From an uncultured Candidatus Saccharibacteria bacterium (GTDB lineage: Bacteria > Patescibacteriota > Minisyncoccia > Minisyncoccales > DG-74-3), in assembly GCA_964504075.1 (NCBI GenBank), contig CAZDCT010000001.1:1333-50665 (forward strand): a DNA stretch of 49,333 bases, written 5' to 3'. This document shows, piece after piece, positions 7,718-17,165 of the stretch. Each line of letters opens with the position of its first letter. Position 1 is the stretch's first letter. The notes below the pieces were generated by a model. It searched no databases. It was not told the DNA's origin and worked only from the letters and a program-made list of their open reading frames with translations. The position numbers were made by a program, and so were the translations under genes.

Positions 7718-9331
7718 TTATTCGTAATCAGGAGGGATTTGTTGGTAATTGACAATGTATTCTGATAGTTTATGAAAAACTGGCAATGCTGAATATTCAG
7801 CAGTTTTAGTTTTTGGCTTATCAAGCTTGACCAAAATCAAGACCTTAGGATCAAAAGCAGGAAGCCAACCAATAAAGCTTTGTCTGGTTTCTTCTGAATA
7901 ACCTTTTTTTTCTTGGTAAGGAATAAGAGCGGTTCCAGTTTTACCAGCAATATAATAGCCAGGAATTTGAGCTTGCCTGGCAAATCCTTTTTCAATTACA
8001 TTAACCAACATTGCTGTTAATTGACGGGCTACTTTTTGAGAAATTATTGAATCTGATGTAACTTCAGTTTCTTTTTTTTCAATCATTTTTCCGTTTTGCC
8101 AAATTTCATCTACTAGATATGGTTGAATCAATTTTCCACCATTAGCCAGAACGCAATAGGCTCTGACTAACTGAATTGGTGTCATTTCAATACCCTGTCC
8201 ATAAGAAGCAGTAGCAAAGTTTATTTCATATCCCTTTTTTAATTCTTTGTTTTCAGAAGAAACTTCCCTTAGGTCTATTCCTGTTTTTTCAAAGAAACCA
8301 AATTTTTCAAGATACTCCAAAAACACATTATCACCAATTTGCCTTTCAGCAAAAACAGCTCCAGTGTTGACTGATTTTTCTAAAACTTCTGTCATTGGTA
8401 TTTCTCCATAAACCCTTTGTTCATAATTATAAATAGGCCAACCTCCGATATTAACCACGCCACTATCAACATAGGTAGTTTCAGGAGTTATTTTCTCCTC
8501 ATTAAGAGCAGTAGCAAAAGTAATTGCTTTTAAGACAGAACCTGGTTCAAAAACCTTTTGAGTAACGCTGTTTTGGAAAATATCTAAGTCGCCCATAAGA
8601 GCAAATTCTTTATACTGATTAGGATTAAAATTAGGAAAATTTGCTAAAGCTAAAATTTTTCCAGAATTAGGCTCAATAACTATAATTTGACCTGATTCAA
8701 TTTCTAAATTGTCTTTAGCTTCAGCTAATAATTGCTCAGCCATAAACTGAATTTTATAATCTAAGGTTAAAATAAGGTCACTTCCCTTGGATCCAGCCTT
8801 ACCCCCTAATATTTCATTATAATATTCTTCTAGTCCATATTGACCGCTATCTCCTCCACCCAAAAATCCAATTAATTGAGAAGCTAAAGATTCTTGGGGA
8901 TAATACCTGCCTTTTTCAATATCTAAGTAAACACCATCTAAATTAGAAGCACTTAAAAGTTCTGCTTCTTTTTCGTTGAGTTTGTCTTTTATAATTACGT
9001 ATGATTTGTTTGTTTCAAGTCTTTCTAAAATAGAATTTTCTGATAAATCAAGGATTTGACTTAGCTTTTCAGCAGTTTCTTTAAAGTTTTTAATCTCTTT
9101 AGGAAGAGCCCAGGCCAAAGGCCAATTTTTATTGATAGCTAAAGATTCCTTATTGTTAAAAAAAATCTCTCCTCTTTCAGTTTGATCACTTCCAGGGAGG
9201 ATATGAAGTCCCTGAGACAAAGCTTTGTATAAATCCCCTTTCCTTATCTGAATATCAATTAAGCGGCCGATTAAAGCCGCTGAGAAAAGAACAAGCATTA
9301 AAAAAACAAAAAGAAGTTTAAAACCCTTCAT
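7718..9331 (-). CDS. ftsI: Penicillin-binding protein, class B transpeptidase (FtsI/PBP2-like)
   Basis: N-terminal TM, PBP dimerisation region, SxxK (SVLK), SxN (SVN), KTG (KTGTA). Position after mraZ-rsmH-ftsL. Confidence 0.88.
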   Translation of the reverse strand: MKGFKLLFVFLMLVLFSAALIGRLIDIQIRKGDLYKALSQGLHILPGSDQTERGEIFFNNKESLAINKNWPLAWALPKEIKNFKETAEKLSQILDLSENSILERLETNKSYVIIKDKLNEKEAELLSASNLDGVYLDIEKGRYYPQESLASQLIGFLGGGDSGQYGLEEYYNEILGGKAGSKGSDLILTLDYKIQFMAEQLLAEAKDNLEIESGQIIVIEPNSGKILALANFPNFNPNQYKEFALMGDLDIFQNSVTQKVFEPGSVLKAITFATALNEEKITPETTYVDSGVVNIGGWPIYNYEQRVYGEIPMTEVLEKSVNTGAVFAERQIGDNVFLEYLEKFGFFEKTGIDLREVSSENKELKKGYEINFATASYGQGIEMTPIQLVRAYCVLANGGKLIQPYLVDEIWQNGKMIEKKETEVTSDSIISQKVARQLTAMLVNVIEKGFARQAQIPGYYIAGKTGTALIPYQEKKGYSEETRQSFIGWLPAFDPKVLILVKLDKPKTKTAEYSALPVFHKLSEYIVNYQQIPPDYE

Positions 9332-9626
9332 TTGTTTTAACTACCGATGGTTCTAAGATTTGAATATATTTTACTTGATTTGCTTTCTTGAAATTTTTGT
9401 TTTGAAGATAATCTTCAATATTCTTAAGAGAGGTTGAGCGAGCTAGGTTAATTTCTAAACCTTCTCTACTGCCTGAAAGTTGACTCAATTTGTTTTGACA
9501 ATCATTAATTGTAAAAATGTCTCGAGCAAAATAATTGACTTGTAAAACAAGAGAAAATAAAAGGAAAAATAGAGAAACAAAAGATAAAGTCCAGAAAGTT
9601 TTTGAGTGAGTGAGAGTATATTGCAT
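9318..9626 (-). CDS. FtsL-like cell division protein (bitopic, coiled coil)
   Basis: Single TM (FWTLSFVSLFFLLFSLVL) followed by a short coiled coil. Syntenic slot between rsmH and ftsI. Confidence 0.5.
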   Translation of the reverse strand: MQYTLTHSKTFWTLSFVSLFFLLFSLVLQVNYFARDIFTINDCQNKLSQLSGSREGLEINLARSTSLKNIEDYLQNKNFKKANQVKYIQILEPSVVKTNEGF

Positions 9627-9636
9627 GATTTATTTT

Positions 9637-10524
9637 TTATATTTTTATTGCTGCCCTTAGCTTGGCGCTACGCGACCTGGCATTAATTTTAATTTCCTCA
9701 TCATCCGCTCTAATTGGTTTTTTAGTATTAATTTGTAAAACTTGTTTTTGCGCCTGCTCTCTTAAGAAATTTTTAACAATTCTGTCTTCGAATGAATGGA
9801 ACGAAATGACCACTATTCTCCCGCCTGGTTTTAAAATTTCAATTGCTTGGGGTAAAACTTTAATCAAATTATTTAATTCATCATTTACAGCAATTCTTAG
9901 AGCCTGAAAGGTTTTGGTGGCAAAATGAATTCTGCGATGTTGATACCAGACCGGAACTACTTTCTTTATAATTTGGACTAATTGAGAAGTTTTTTTTATC
10001 GCTATTGTTTTTCTTGTCTTAACAATCTCTTGTGATATTTTTTTAGCAAACCTTTCTTCTCCATATTCTTTTAAAATTTGCTCTATTTCTTTTTGTGAAT
10101 ATTCATTTACAATCTTATCTGCAGTTAAATAATTTTGAGCCCCATATCTCATGTCTAGACTTTCTTGTTTTTGAAAAGAAAATCCTCTTTCTGATTTTTC
10201 TAAATGCCAGCTGGACATTCCCAGGTCAAGCAATATTCCTGAAACTGGGTCAAACTTTTGTTCTTTAACAATATTCTTTAGGTTTGTAAAATTATCACAA
10301 ACAAGAACTATTCTTTCTTTAAATCTTGTTTCAAGATTTAGTTCACAGTTTTCAATTTGTTTTAAGTCTTGATCTATGCCCAATACTTTACCTTTAGGAC
10401 CATTCTTCTCAAGAATTGCTAGAGTATGACTCCCCTCTCCAATGGTGGCATCAATAAAGTTTTCATTAGGTTCTGGTTTAAGAAAACTTAGAACCTCTTT
10501 TTTAAGAACAGGTGTATGAATCAT
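9637..10524 (-). CDS. rsmH: 16S rRNA (cytosine1402-N4)-methyltransferase RsmH
   Basis: MIHTPVLKKEVL...DATIGEGSHT...DLGMSS...SFHSFEDRIVK are hallmark MraW/RsmH motifs. Confidence 0.92.
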   Translation of the reverse strand: MIHTPVLKKEVLSFLKPEPNENFIDATIGEGSHTLAILEKNGPKGKVLGIDQDLKQIENCELNLETRFKERIVLVCDNFTNLKNIVKEQKFDPVSGILLDLGMSSWHLEKSERGFSFQKQESLDMRYGAQNYLTADKIVNEYSQKEIEQILKEYGEERFAKKISQEIVKTRKTIAIKKTSQLVQIIKKVVPVWYQHRRIHFATKTFQALRIAVNDELNNLIKVLPQAIEILKPGGRIVVISFHSFEDRIVKNFLREQAQKQVLQINTKKPIRADDEEIKINARSRSAKLRAAIKI

Positions 10525-10531
10525 TAAATTA

Positions 10532-10963
10532 TTAAATTCCCAAATCTTTTAAATTAGAAGCTAAGTCTCCTACATTCTTTTCCATTTTTGCCTTATACTC
10601 ATTCCATTTTTTAGAATCCCAAATCTCTAATCTATTAAAAAGTCCGCAAACTACTGCATTTTTTTTAAGACCAGCATATTTTTTTAAATATTCTGGGATA
10701 AGAATTCTACCCAATTTATCCAGAGCGACCTCCATTGCTCCTGCTAACATAATTCTTGAGAATCCCCTAGCGTCAGCTTGACTAACGGGTAGCTTACCCA
10801 GCTTATCAGACATTATTTTCCATTCTTTTTGAGGATAAACAACTAAACAATTTTCAAAACCGCGGGTAATAACCACTGCTTTGCCCAACTCTTTTCTAAA
10901 TTTAGCTGGAAGGGCCAATCTTTTTTTAGTATCAATTGTATGGCTGTATTCTCCAATAAACAT
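10532..10963 (-). CDS. mraZ: Transcriptional regulator MraZ
   Basis: MFIGEYSHTIDTKKRLALPAKFR and a second SpoVT/AbrB-like repeat. I prefer ATG 10963 over the listed TTG 10975, which lies inside an operator-like repeat. Confidence 0.9.
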   Translation of the reverse strand: MFIGEYSHTIDTKKRLALPAKFRKELGKAVVITRGFENCLVVYPQKEWKIMSDKLGKLPVSQADARGFSRIMLAGAMEVALDKLGRILIPEYLKKYAGLKKNAVVCGLFNRLEIWDSKKWNEYKAKMEKNVGDLASNLKDLGI

Positions 10964-10965
10964 AG

Positions 10966-11053
10966 TTATCCACAAGCTTTAGGGGTTTTACCATAGTTAT
11001 CCACAATTATCCACCTCATATTCTTTATATCCCACTTGATAGCACTTAGTCAA
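10966..11053 (-). promoter_or_regulatory. mraZ promoter plus phased GTGGATAA repeats (MraZ-operator-like; also DnaA-box consensus)
   Basis: Minus strand TTGACT (11053..11048), 18 nt, TATAAA (11029..11024). TTATCCACA sits at 10966-10974 and 10997-11005, and TTATCCACC at 11007-11015. All have the same orientation, and two are exactly 10 bp apart. Confidence 0.6.
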
Positions 11054-11191
11054 CCCTTTTTTCCCACCATTAAAAATCCCGATAAAATCAAATACTTTTC
11101 CACAAAAAACTCACAGTTGATCTATCTAGTTAAAACAAAAAAGCCCATTTACAGGGATTTTAAATAAACACTTAAAACTAATTACTTAATG

Positions 11192-13750
11192 TTAGTTTGT
11201 CTTTAATTCAAAATTATCAGGCAAAACTTTTACCCTATCTCCCCTTTTTAATTTATTGCTTAATATTGCTTTGGCTAAAACATTTTCTACCTTATCTTGA
11301 ATTACTCTTCTCATTTGTCTGGCGCCGAAAACAGGATTATATCCTAGTTCTGCGATTTTTTCTTTAAGCTCTTTTGTTATTATGAAATCAATATCTTTTT
11401 CTTTAAGATTTTTTTGTAGATTTTTAAGCATTAATTCGGCAATGTCTAAAAGATTGCTCTGGCTTAAGGGTGTAAAAACAACAACATCATCAAATCGATT
11501 AATAAACTCTGGTCTAAAAATACTTTTTTCAAAAACATAATCTAAAAGTTTTTGTTTAACATTTTCCCATTTTTCTTTATCTTTTAATGCTTTGAGAATT
11601 ATTTTATAACCAGCATTAGATGTAGCAATAATAATTGAATCTTTGAAATGAATTTTTCTTCCAAGACCATCGGTTAAAAAACCTTCGTCTAAAACCTGTA
11701 AAAATAAATTTAAAACATTAGGATGAGCTTTTTCAATTTCATCAAGCAGAATTAGGGAAAAAGGATTTTCTCTAACCTGAGTGGTGAGTAAACCATCTTC
11801 TTGAGAAGAACCAATCAAACGAGGAATATCTTGTAATGTTTGAAATTCTGACATATCCAACCTGATCATTTTAGTTTCTGAACCAAAATAAATTTCTGTT
11901 AAAGCTTTAGCTGTTTCTGTCTTACCAACTCCAGTGGGTCCTAAGAAAAGAAAGCAACCCAAGGGTCCTTTTCTAATAGTTACTTGAGCTCTTGCTCTAC
12001 GTAAAGAAGCTGATACCTGATTAACCGCTTCATCTTGATTAATGATTCTTTGATGAATCAGTTCTTCTAAGTTCAGTAAAATCTTTTTCTCTTTTTCTTC
12101 TATTTTTCCAACAGGGATTTGGGTTTTCTCAGAAACAATTTTAGAAACATGAGAAGATAAAACTATTTTTTCTTTTGTACTTACAACATAAACCACTGTT
12201 TCATTTAAAATATCCAATGCTTTTTCTGGAAATGGAAGATTGGGAAGATAACGATCAGTATAGGTTATGATGTCACGAAGAACAGGATAGCTAATGAATT
12301 TTTTATACTTAAACTCTAAGCCTAAAGCTACTTTTTCTAAAAGTATCAAGGTTTCTCTTTTTGAAATCTCAGCAACCTCAACTTTATTAAAAAGAGATAG
12401 AATAGAAGGGTTTTGTTCAATATTTTTATGAAGGCCAACAAAATCAGTAATAGCAAAAACCTGGAACTGAGGAAATTTTAGATAAGAAGACAAAATTCCT
12501 GAAATATCAATTGTTCCTGGTTTTTCTTTACCCCCAACAAAATTATGCAATTCATCAATAAATAAAATAATATTGCCAGCCCTAAGCACTTCTTGAAAGA
12601 TTTGATCTAAAATAGCTTCTATTTCTTCTTTGTTTTCTAATTGAGCAAGTAATGATGGTAAATTTAACTCTTTTATTCTTTTATAATTGATTTCAGGCAA
12701 ACTTTGACCCAAAACGCTCTTAGTGGCTAATGCTTGTAAAACAGACTTTCGACCTGTTCCTGGTTGCCCAATCAATAGAACATTATTGTCTTCTTGCATT
12801 CCAGCTAAAATTCTTTCTACTTGTTCTAATTCTTTTTGATGCCCAACTACTTCTGGAAAACCCATATTTGTAACCTTTTCTGACCAATCTACTGAAAATT
12901 TATCTAAAAGAACAGTAAAACCAGCTGTCCATTCTTTGGCCAAAGTTCCTTTTTTAAGCAAGTTTTCGTATTCCCACCATCTTTTCCTTTTTCCTATTTT
13001 TTCTTTTAAAGACTCTAACCACCAAACCAAATTTTCTATATCTTGTTTTTTTAATGAAGCATTAATAAGAATGTTTTTAAAAACTAAATTATAATCAGTA
13101 AGAGCAATTAAAATATCTCCTATTTCAATTCTTTGCCCATTTCTTTTTTGAGCTATTTTAAAAGATTCAAAAATTATTTGTTCAAAATCTTTAGAATATA
13201 AAATCTCTTTATTTGAACGGTTTTCAGAAATTTTAAAATGCAACTCTAATATTTTCTTTATTTCTTTTACGCTTAAAAGAACCCTGGAAAAAATAAAATT
13301 TAATTCAGAATTATTTTTCAAAAGCAAATAAAACAAAACAGAAGAATTAATTTCAGGAAGTTTTTTCTTTTTAACGAATTGTTTTGAATCATAAATAGTT
13401 TTAGCCACTTCAAAACTTAAAAATTCAGCTAAATTGTATTTTTCAGGACTTTTAATAACTTCTTTCAATTCAATACTTATCTTGGGTTTCTTTAGCTTCC
13501 AATTGAAGAAACATTCTTTTAACCAACAGATTATGGTTAAGATTCCAAAAAACAAAGAGAGACCAAGCATTTTTTTATTCAGCTCTAAAGTAAAGTTCTG
13601 GGGCAGGAATCCATATAAAAATATAAGAAAACTAAGAACAAACAAAGCGCTAAAGCATTTCTTAAAAAACTTGACAAATCTGAAGATTGGAGTTCTTTGC
13701 CACTGAACTGTTTGAAAAATACCAGCTTTTTTTAAATCAAAATTAAACAT
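11192..13750 (-). CDS. Membrane-anchored Clp/Hsp100-family AAA+ ATPase (ClpC/ClpB-like, two NBDs)
   Basis: N-terminal TM helices, Clp_N-like repeats, NBD1 (LLIGQPGTGRKS, ILFIDELH), NBD2 (FLGPTGVGKTETAKAL, ILLDEIEKAH), C-terminal D2-small domain. Confidence 0.8.
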   Translation of the reverse strand: MFNFDLKKAGIFQTVQWQRTPIFRFVKFFKKCFSALFVLSFLIFLYGFLPQNFTLELNKKMLGLSLFFGILTIICWLKECFFNWKLKKPKISIELKEVIKSPEKYNLAEFLSFEVAKTIYDSKQFVKKKKLPEINSSVLFYLLLKNNSELNFIFSRVLLSVKEIKKILELHFKISENRSNKEILYSKDFEQIIFESFKIAQKRNGQRIEIGDILIALTDYNLVFKNILINASLKKQDIENLVWWLESLKEKIGKRKRWWEYENLLKKGTLAKEWTAGFTVLLDKFSVDWSEKVTNMGFPEVVGHQKELEQVERILAGMQEDNNVLLIGQPGTGRKSVLQALATKSVLGQSLPEINYKRIKELNLPSLLAQLENKEEIEAILDQIFQEVLRAGNIILFIDELHNFVGGKEKPGTIDISGILSSYLKFPQFQVFAITDFVGLHKNIEQNPSILSLFNKVEVAEISKRETLILLEKVALGLEFKYKKFISYPVLRDIITYTDRYLPNLPFPEKALDILNETVVYVVSTKEKIVLSSHVSKIVSEKTQIPVGKIEEKEKKILLNLEELIHQRIINQDEAVNQVSASLRRARAQVTIRKGPLGCFLFLGPTGVGKTETAKALTEIYFGSETKMIRLDMSEFQTLQDIPRLIGSSQEDGLLTTQVRENPFSLILLDEIEKAHPNVLNLFLQVLDEGFLTDGLGRKIHFKDSIIIATSNAGYKIILKALKDKEKWENVKQKLLDYVFEKSIFRPEFINRFDDVVVFTPLSQSNLLDIAELMLKNLQKNLKEKDIDFIITKELKEKIAELGYNPVFGARQMRRVIQDKVENVLAKAILSNKLKRGDRVKVLPDNFELKTN

Positions 13751-13752
13751 AG

Positions 13753-14151
13753 TTAAAACAAAATTTTAAAACTAAGACTAAGTCCAAGAATCAAACAAAA
13801 AGGAAGCACAAACCAAACGAAAAGCATTATTACCCCTGCTAAAATTATAAGGATTTCAACAAAAAAACCTATTAATATCAAGAAAAATCTTAAAATAGCT
13901 CCTATGGTTCGAGATATAAGATTAGAAATAAAAATTTCAAAATACTTACCAATATCAAATCCTTTCGGATATAACAAAAGATTGTGTCTCCAGGGAGCAA
14001 AAAGAGTTTTTAAAAGCAATGGTATAGAAAAATAATTGAGATAAAACCTAAAAATATCTTTCCAGCTATGTAAAATATTTTTAGGCATTTCAATAAAATA
14101 CCAAAAAACCCATTGAATCAGAATATTTTGTTTTTGAGCTATCTCAGTCAT
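13753..14151 (-). CDS. Hypothetical membrane protein (132 aa)
   Basis: Hydrophobic C-terminal half. Stop lies 2 nt from the Clp-like start. 4-nt overlap with the upstream ORF. Confidence 0.5.
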   Translation of the reverse strand: MTEIAQKQNILIQWVFWYFIEMPKNILHSWKDIFRFYLNYFSIPLLLKTLFAPWRHNLLLYPKGFDIGKYFEIFISNLISRTIGAILRFFLILIGFFVEILIILAGVIMLFVWFVLPFCLILGLSLSFKILF

Positions 14152-14513
14152 ATTTTAATTATATTTTTTAACTCTTTTAAAATATCCTCTGGTATTGGAG
14201 GCGGCTCTCTTTTGGGACTTATTCCAGGATATCTCCAAGCACTTATTATCCTGATTTTTCTCAGCTTTTCGCTTTTCGCTTTTCGCTTTAAACTTATCTT
14301 TTGATACATCAACCAAATCTCAGTAGGATGCTTTTTAGTCCCAGTAGACTGCATAACAGCAAGTGTGTTGGGAGCAATACCTTTTTCAACCCTGATTGGA
14401 TTTCTCAAAACTCGTTTTAATCTCTTTTCTGACAATCCATAATATTGCATCTTTCTCTTAACATGATTTGTCCAAAGCATATTCTTTTTATCCTTGGGCA
14501 AATTAAAACGCAT
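14148..14513 (-). CDS. Hypothetical basic protein (121 aa)
   Basis: Intact ORF, tightly packed in the operon. No confident domain. Confidence 0.45.
   Translation of the reverse strand: MRFNLPKDKKNMLWTNHVKRKMQYYGLSEKRLKRVLRNPIRVEKGIAPNTLAVMQSTGTKKHPTEIWLMYQKISLKRKAKSEKLRKIRIISAWRYPGISPKREPPPIPEDILKELKNIIKI
14264..14289. repeat. Heptanucleotide tandem repeat (GCTTTTC) x3.7 inside CDS 14148..14513
   Basis: GCTTTTC GCTTTTC GCTTTTC GCTTT read directly. Confidence 0.8.
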
Positions 14514-14514
14514 A

Positions 14515-15288
14515 TTATTTAATTTCGTAAGTAAGAGTTACTGTTACTTCTATTTTACTCTCCCCTGTTTCTATTTCAGGCTCTCCTCCTCCCATCGCAG
14601 CCTCTGATTTTTCTAATGAATAAGTACGAGGAACAATACCGCTTTCATTGAAGCTGGTAATCCTTACTAATTTTATTCCTAATTGAGAGGCTAATTCTTC
14701 AGCTTTTTCTTTTGCTTGTTCAATGGCTTTTTCTCTAGCTTGATCCTTTAATTCATCTTGATCATCAACAGTAAACTGCAGGCTTCCCACCTCATTAGCT
14801 CCAGAATCCGCTGCTCCCTGAATAATCTCTCCTATTTTTGTTAATTCTCTTATTTTAACCTGAAGGGATTGACGTACTTCATACCCAACCAAAACCCTTT
14901 TTCCTGATGGATATATGGAAACCTCAGTTACTTCCTGCCACTCATAACGAGGATAAATATTAAAATCAGTAGTTTTCAAATCTTTATCTTCTACTCCTTG
15001 CTCTTTTATAAAGCTTATTATTTGATTCATTTGTTCAGTATTCTCGCTAAGAGCTTCTGCTACTGTTTTAGCTTCTGTAATAACCGAGAAACTTGTTAGA
15101 GCTAAATCTGGCTTTGCATAAACCTTGCCTGTTCCAGAAACAGTAATTCTGTTTTCAGAATCAACTTTAATTTTGTTATAAACATCAACAGAAACAGAAA
15201 GAATAACAACGACTATTAAAATACTAAGCAAAGCAAAGAAACAATGTTTTTTGCTTTTGATGTATTCATAATGTTTTTTTTGATCCAT
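14515..15288 (-). CDS. SIMPL/DUF541-domain protein (BP26-like)
   Basis: N-terminal TM, then GTGKVYAKPDLALTSFSV...YEVRQSLQVKI...EVGSLQFTVDD is a typical SIMPL pattern. Confidence 0.75.
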   Translation of the reverse strand: MDQKKHYEYIKSKKHCFFALLSILIVVVILSVSVDVYNKIKVDSENRITVSGTGKVYAKPDLALTSFSVITEAKTVAEALSENTEQMNQIISFIKEQGVEDKDLKTTDFNIYPRYEWQEVTEVSIYPSGKRVLVGYEVRQSLQVKIRELTKIGEIIQGAADSGANEVGSLQFTVDDQDELKDQAREKAIEQAKEKAEELASQLGIKLVRITSFNESGIVPRTYSLEKSEAAMGGGEPEIETGESKIEVTVTLTYEIK

Positions 15289-15308
15289 ATTGTTTAAGTT
15301 TATTAATA

Positions 15309-15752
15309 TTAATTTAATAAAAGAGCTATAAAAATTCCCAAGATTGCTCCAGAAAACACTTCAAAAGAAGTATGCCCCAAAAGTTCTCTTAATCGTTCTA
15401 TTTTTAATCCTCTTTTTTGATATAAGTCATCAACAATTTTATTCAAAATCTGAGCCTGTTTTCCAGCCGCTCTTCTGATACCTCGAGCGTCAGATATTAC
15501 AACTGAAGCCATTACTACTGAAATAGCAAAAAAAGGAGAACCAAACCCCAAATTAAGCCCAATGCTTGTAGCTAAAGCACTGACAATTGCAGTGTGTGAA
15601 CTTGGAAAACCACCAGTTGATACAAGTAAAGTAAAATCAAGCTTTCTTTTTTTAACAGCAGTTATAGTAAATTTAAAAAATTGAGCAATAAACCAAGCTG
15701 TAATAGCAATCATTAATGTTTTATTGGACAATACTGTTTTTAATTGAGACAT
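15309..15752 (-). CDS. Divergent PAP2 family membrane protein (DUF212)
   Basis: GGFPSSHTA motif and the four-TM layout characteristic of the family. Confidence 0.8.
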   Translation of the reverse strand: MSQLKTVLSNKTLMIAITAWFIAQFFKFTITAVKKRKLDFTLLVSTGGFPSSHTAIVSALATSIGLNLGFGSPFFAISVVMASVVISDARGIRRAAGKQAQILNKIVDDLYQKRGLKIERLRELLGHTSFEVFSGAILGIFIALLLN

Positions 15753-15755
15753 GTT

Positions 15756-16271
15756 TTATTGATTAAAGTTTTCATAACAAATAATTTCTTTAAGACTTTT
15801 TCTTGTTTTGGGCCTGGGAGAATCAGCTGGAAATCCAAGGGGCAATAGAGCCACAACTTTATATTTATCTGGAATATTTAAAATCTTTTTTACCTCTTCT
15901 TGAGAAAAAGCACCTATCCAGCAAGTTCCTAAACCCTGTTCACAAGCTTGTAAGGTCATGTGGTCTACAGCAATAGTTAAATTGATTGCATAAGCTGGAA
16001 CTTCACAACTGATAACTCTTTCTGGATTTAAGGCCACAGCTGCTATTACAACTGGAGCTTCTGCAATAAAGCTTTGGGATTGAGCTGCTTGAGCCAATTG
16101 CTTTCTTTTTTTAATATCTTTAATAACTATAAATTTCCAATCCTGATCATTGTGGGCCGAAGGAGCTAGTCTGGCAGCTTCTAAAACTTTTCTCAAGCTT
16201 TGTTCTGGAACTGGGTCTGACTTATAAGCCCTTACGCTTCTTCTGTTTTTTATAGCTTCATGTACTTGCAT
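15756..16271 (-). CDS. Nitroreductase family protein
   Basis: IKNRRSVRAY...APSAHNDQDWKF...GTCWIG motifs. Confidence 0.85.
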   Translation of the reverse strand: MQVHEAIKNRRSVRAYKSDPVPEQSLRKVLEAARLAPSAHNDQDWKFIVIKDIKKRKQLAQAAQSQSFIAEAPVVIAAVALNPERVISCEVPAYAINLTIAVDHMTLQACEQGLGTCWIGAFSQEEVKKILNIPDKYKVVALLPLGFPADSPRPKTRKSLKEIICYENFNQ

Positions 16272-16310
16272 TTTATCAATTTTATTTACTTAATCTATTT
16301 TATCTTTTTC

Positions 16311-17165
16311 TCAAAATTTTTCCAATAAGATCTTTGCTTCCCTAACCAATGGTATTAAATGTTTTAGAGAAACCCTTGTTTTTTTAGCAAACTTTTCTAT
16401 GTCAAGCTTTAAAATATCTTCGGCCATTATTATGTTTTGAGAAACAAAAATCTTGGCTAAATAATTTCTCAAAGAGGGCAAGATAGTAATTGGATATAAC
16501 TCCTTGGTATCTATTATGTGTTCTAATCCTTGATTTTTAGGATATTTCCAAGCCAAACATTCCACTCCAACGCATTCTGAATAACGAATAGCTTGACTAG
16601 TTAATTTAGTATTGGTAACAAGTAAACTTTTAACCCTCAGATTTTTAAATGTTTTTTGAAAAAACTTTCCTTTTTTAATATCCAAAAAACGAGCATAATT
16701 AGCCAAAGCAGTATCTAGATGTGTTCTTCCACCAGGATCATTACGATATTTGCATTCACCAACATATAATAGATCGCCCTTTTTAGCCAAGAAATCTATT
16801 TCATAAGAAGTGCAAAAACCAGGAATATGTTGATTTAATTGAACCTGAAAGCCATTTCTATTGAAAATCTCTCCAACATATTTCTCAAAAGGAAAACCAG
16901 TTGGTCCCAGTTTTCTCATTCCCTGTTTTAGATTAAACCTTAGAGCAGCTTGAGGTTCTTGCTGCCTAAGCTCTCTTTTAACTTTCTTAAAAATTTCACT
17001 TGTCTTTGTTCCAACACGTAAATCTTTTTTAATGCTATCAGCAATTTTTTGAGCCACTTTTTTAGAAGCCCCAACCCGTCTTGCAGATCGATAAACCTTT
17101 TGAAAAGAAAAAGGTTCTTTTTTCCCTTGTAAATTTATTACGTAATTTTTTGTTGCGTTTTGCAT
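16311..17165 (-). CDS. ATP-cone domain fused to Mrr-like restriction-endonuclease-fold domain
   Basis: N-terminal ATP-cone pattern (VINLQGKKEPFSFQKVYRSARRVG...). The middle FEKYVGEIF...EIDFLA...VGECKY matches the PD-(D/E)XK/Mrr_cat pattern. The start overlaps the upstream gene by 28 nt. Confidence 0.65.
   Translation of the reverse strand: MQNATKNYVINLQGKKEPFSFQKVYRSARRVGASKKVAQKIADSIKKDLRVGTKTSEIFKKVKRELRQQEPQAALRFNLKQGMRKLGPTGFPFEKYVGEIFNRNGFQVQLNQHIPGFCTSYEIDFLAKKGDLLYVGECKYRNDPGGRTHLDTALANYARFLDIKKGKFFQKTFKNLRVKSLLVTNTKLTSQAIRYSECVGVECLAWKYPKNQGLEHIIDTKELYPITILPSLRNYLAKIFVSQNIIMAEDILKLDIEKFAKKTRVSLKHLIPLVREAKILLEKF

Noticed and set aside
10966-11104. Replication origin (oriC), suggested by the cluster of perfect DnaA boxes.
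   Set aside because: I did not call it. All boxes share one orientation. They sit between the mraZ -10 and the ATG at 10-bp phasing, which is typical of an MraZ operator. No dnaA or dnaN is nearby, no AT-rich DUE is evident, and the flanking genes are co-directional. The main strand switch is at about 40.8 kb, where no DnaA boxes occur. GC-skew over the full contig would be needed to settle it.
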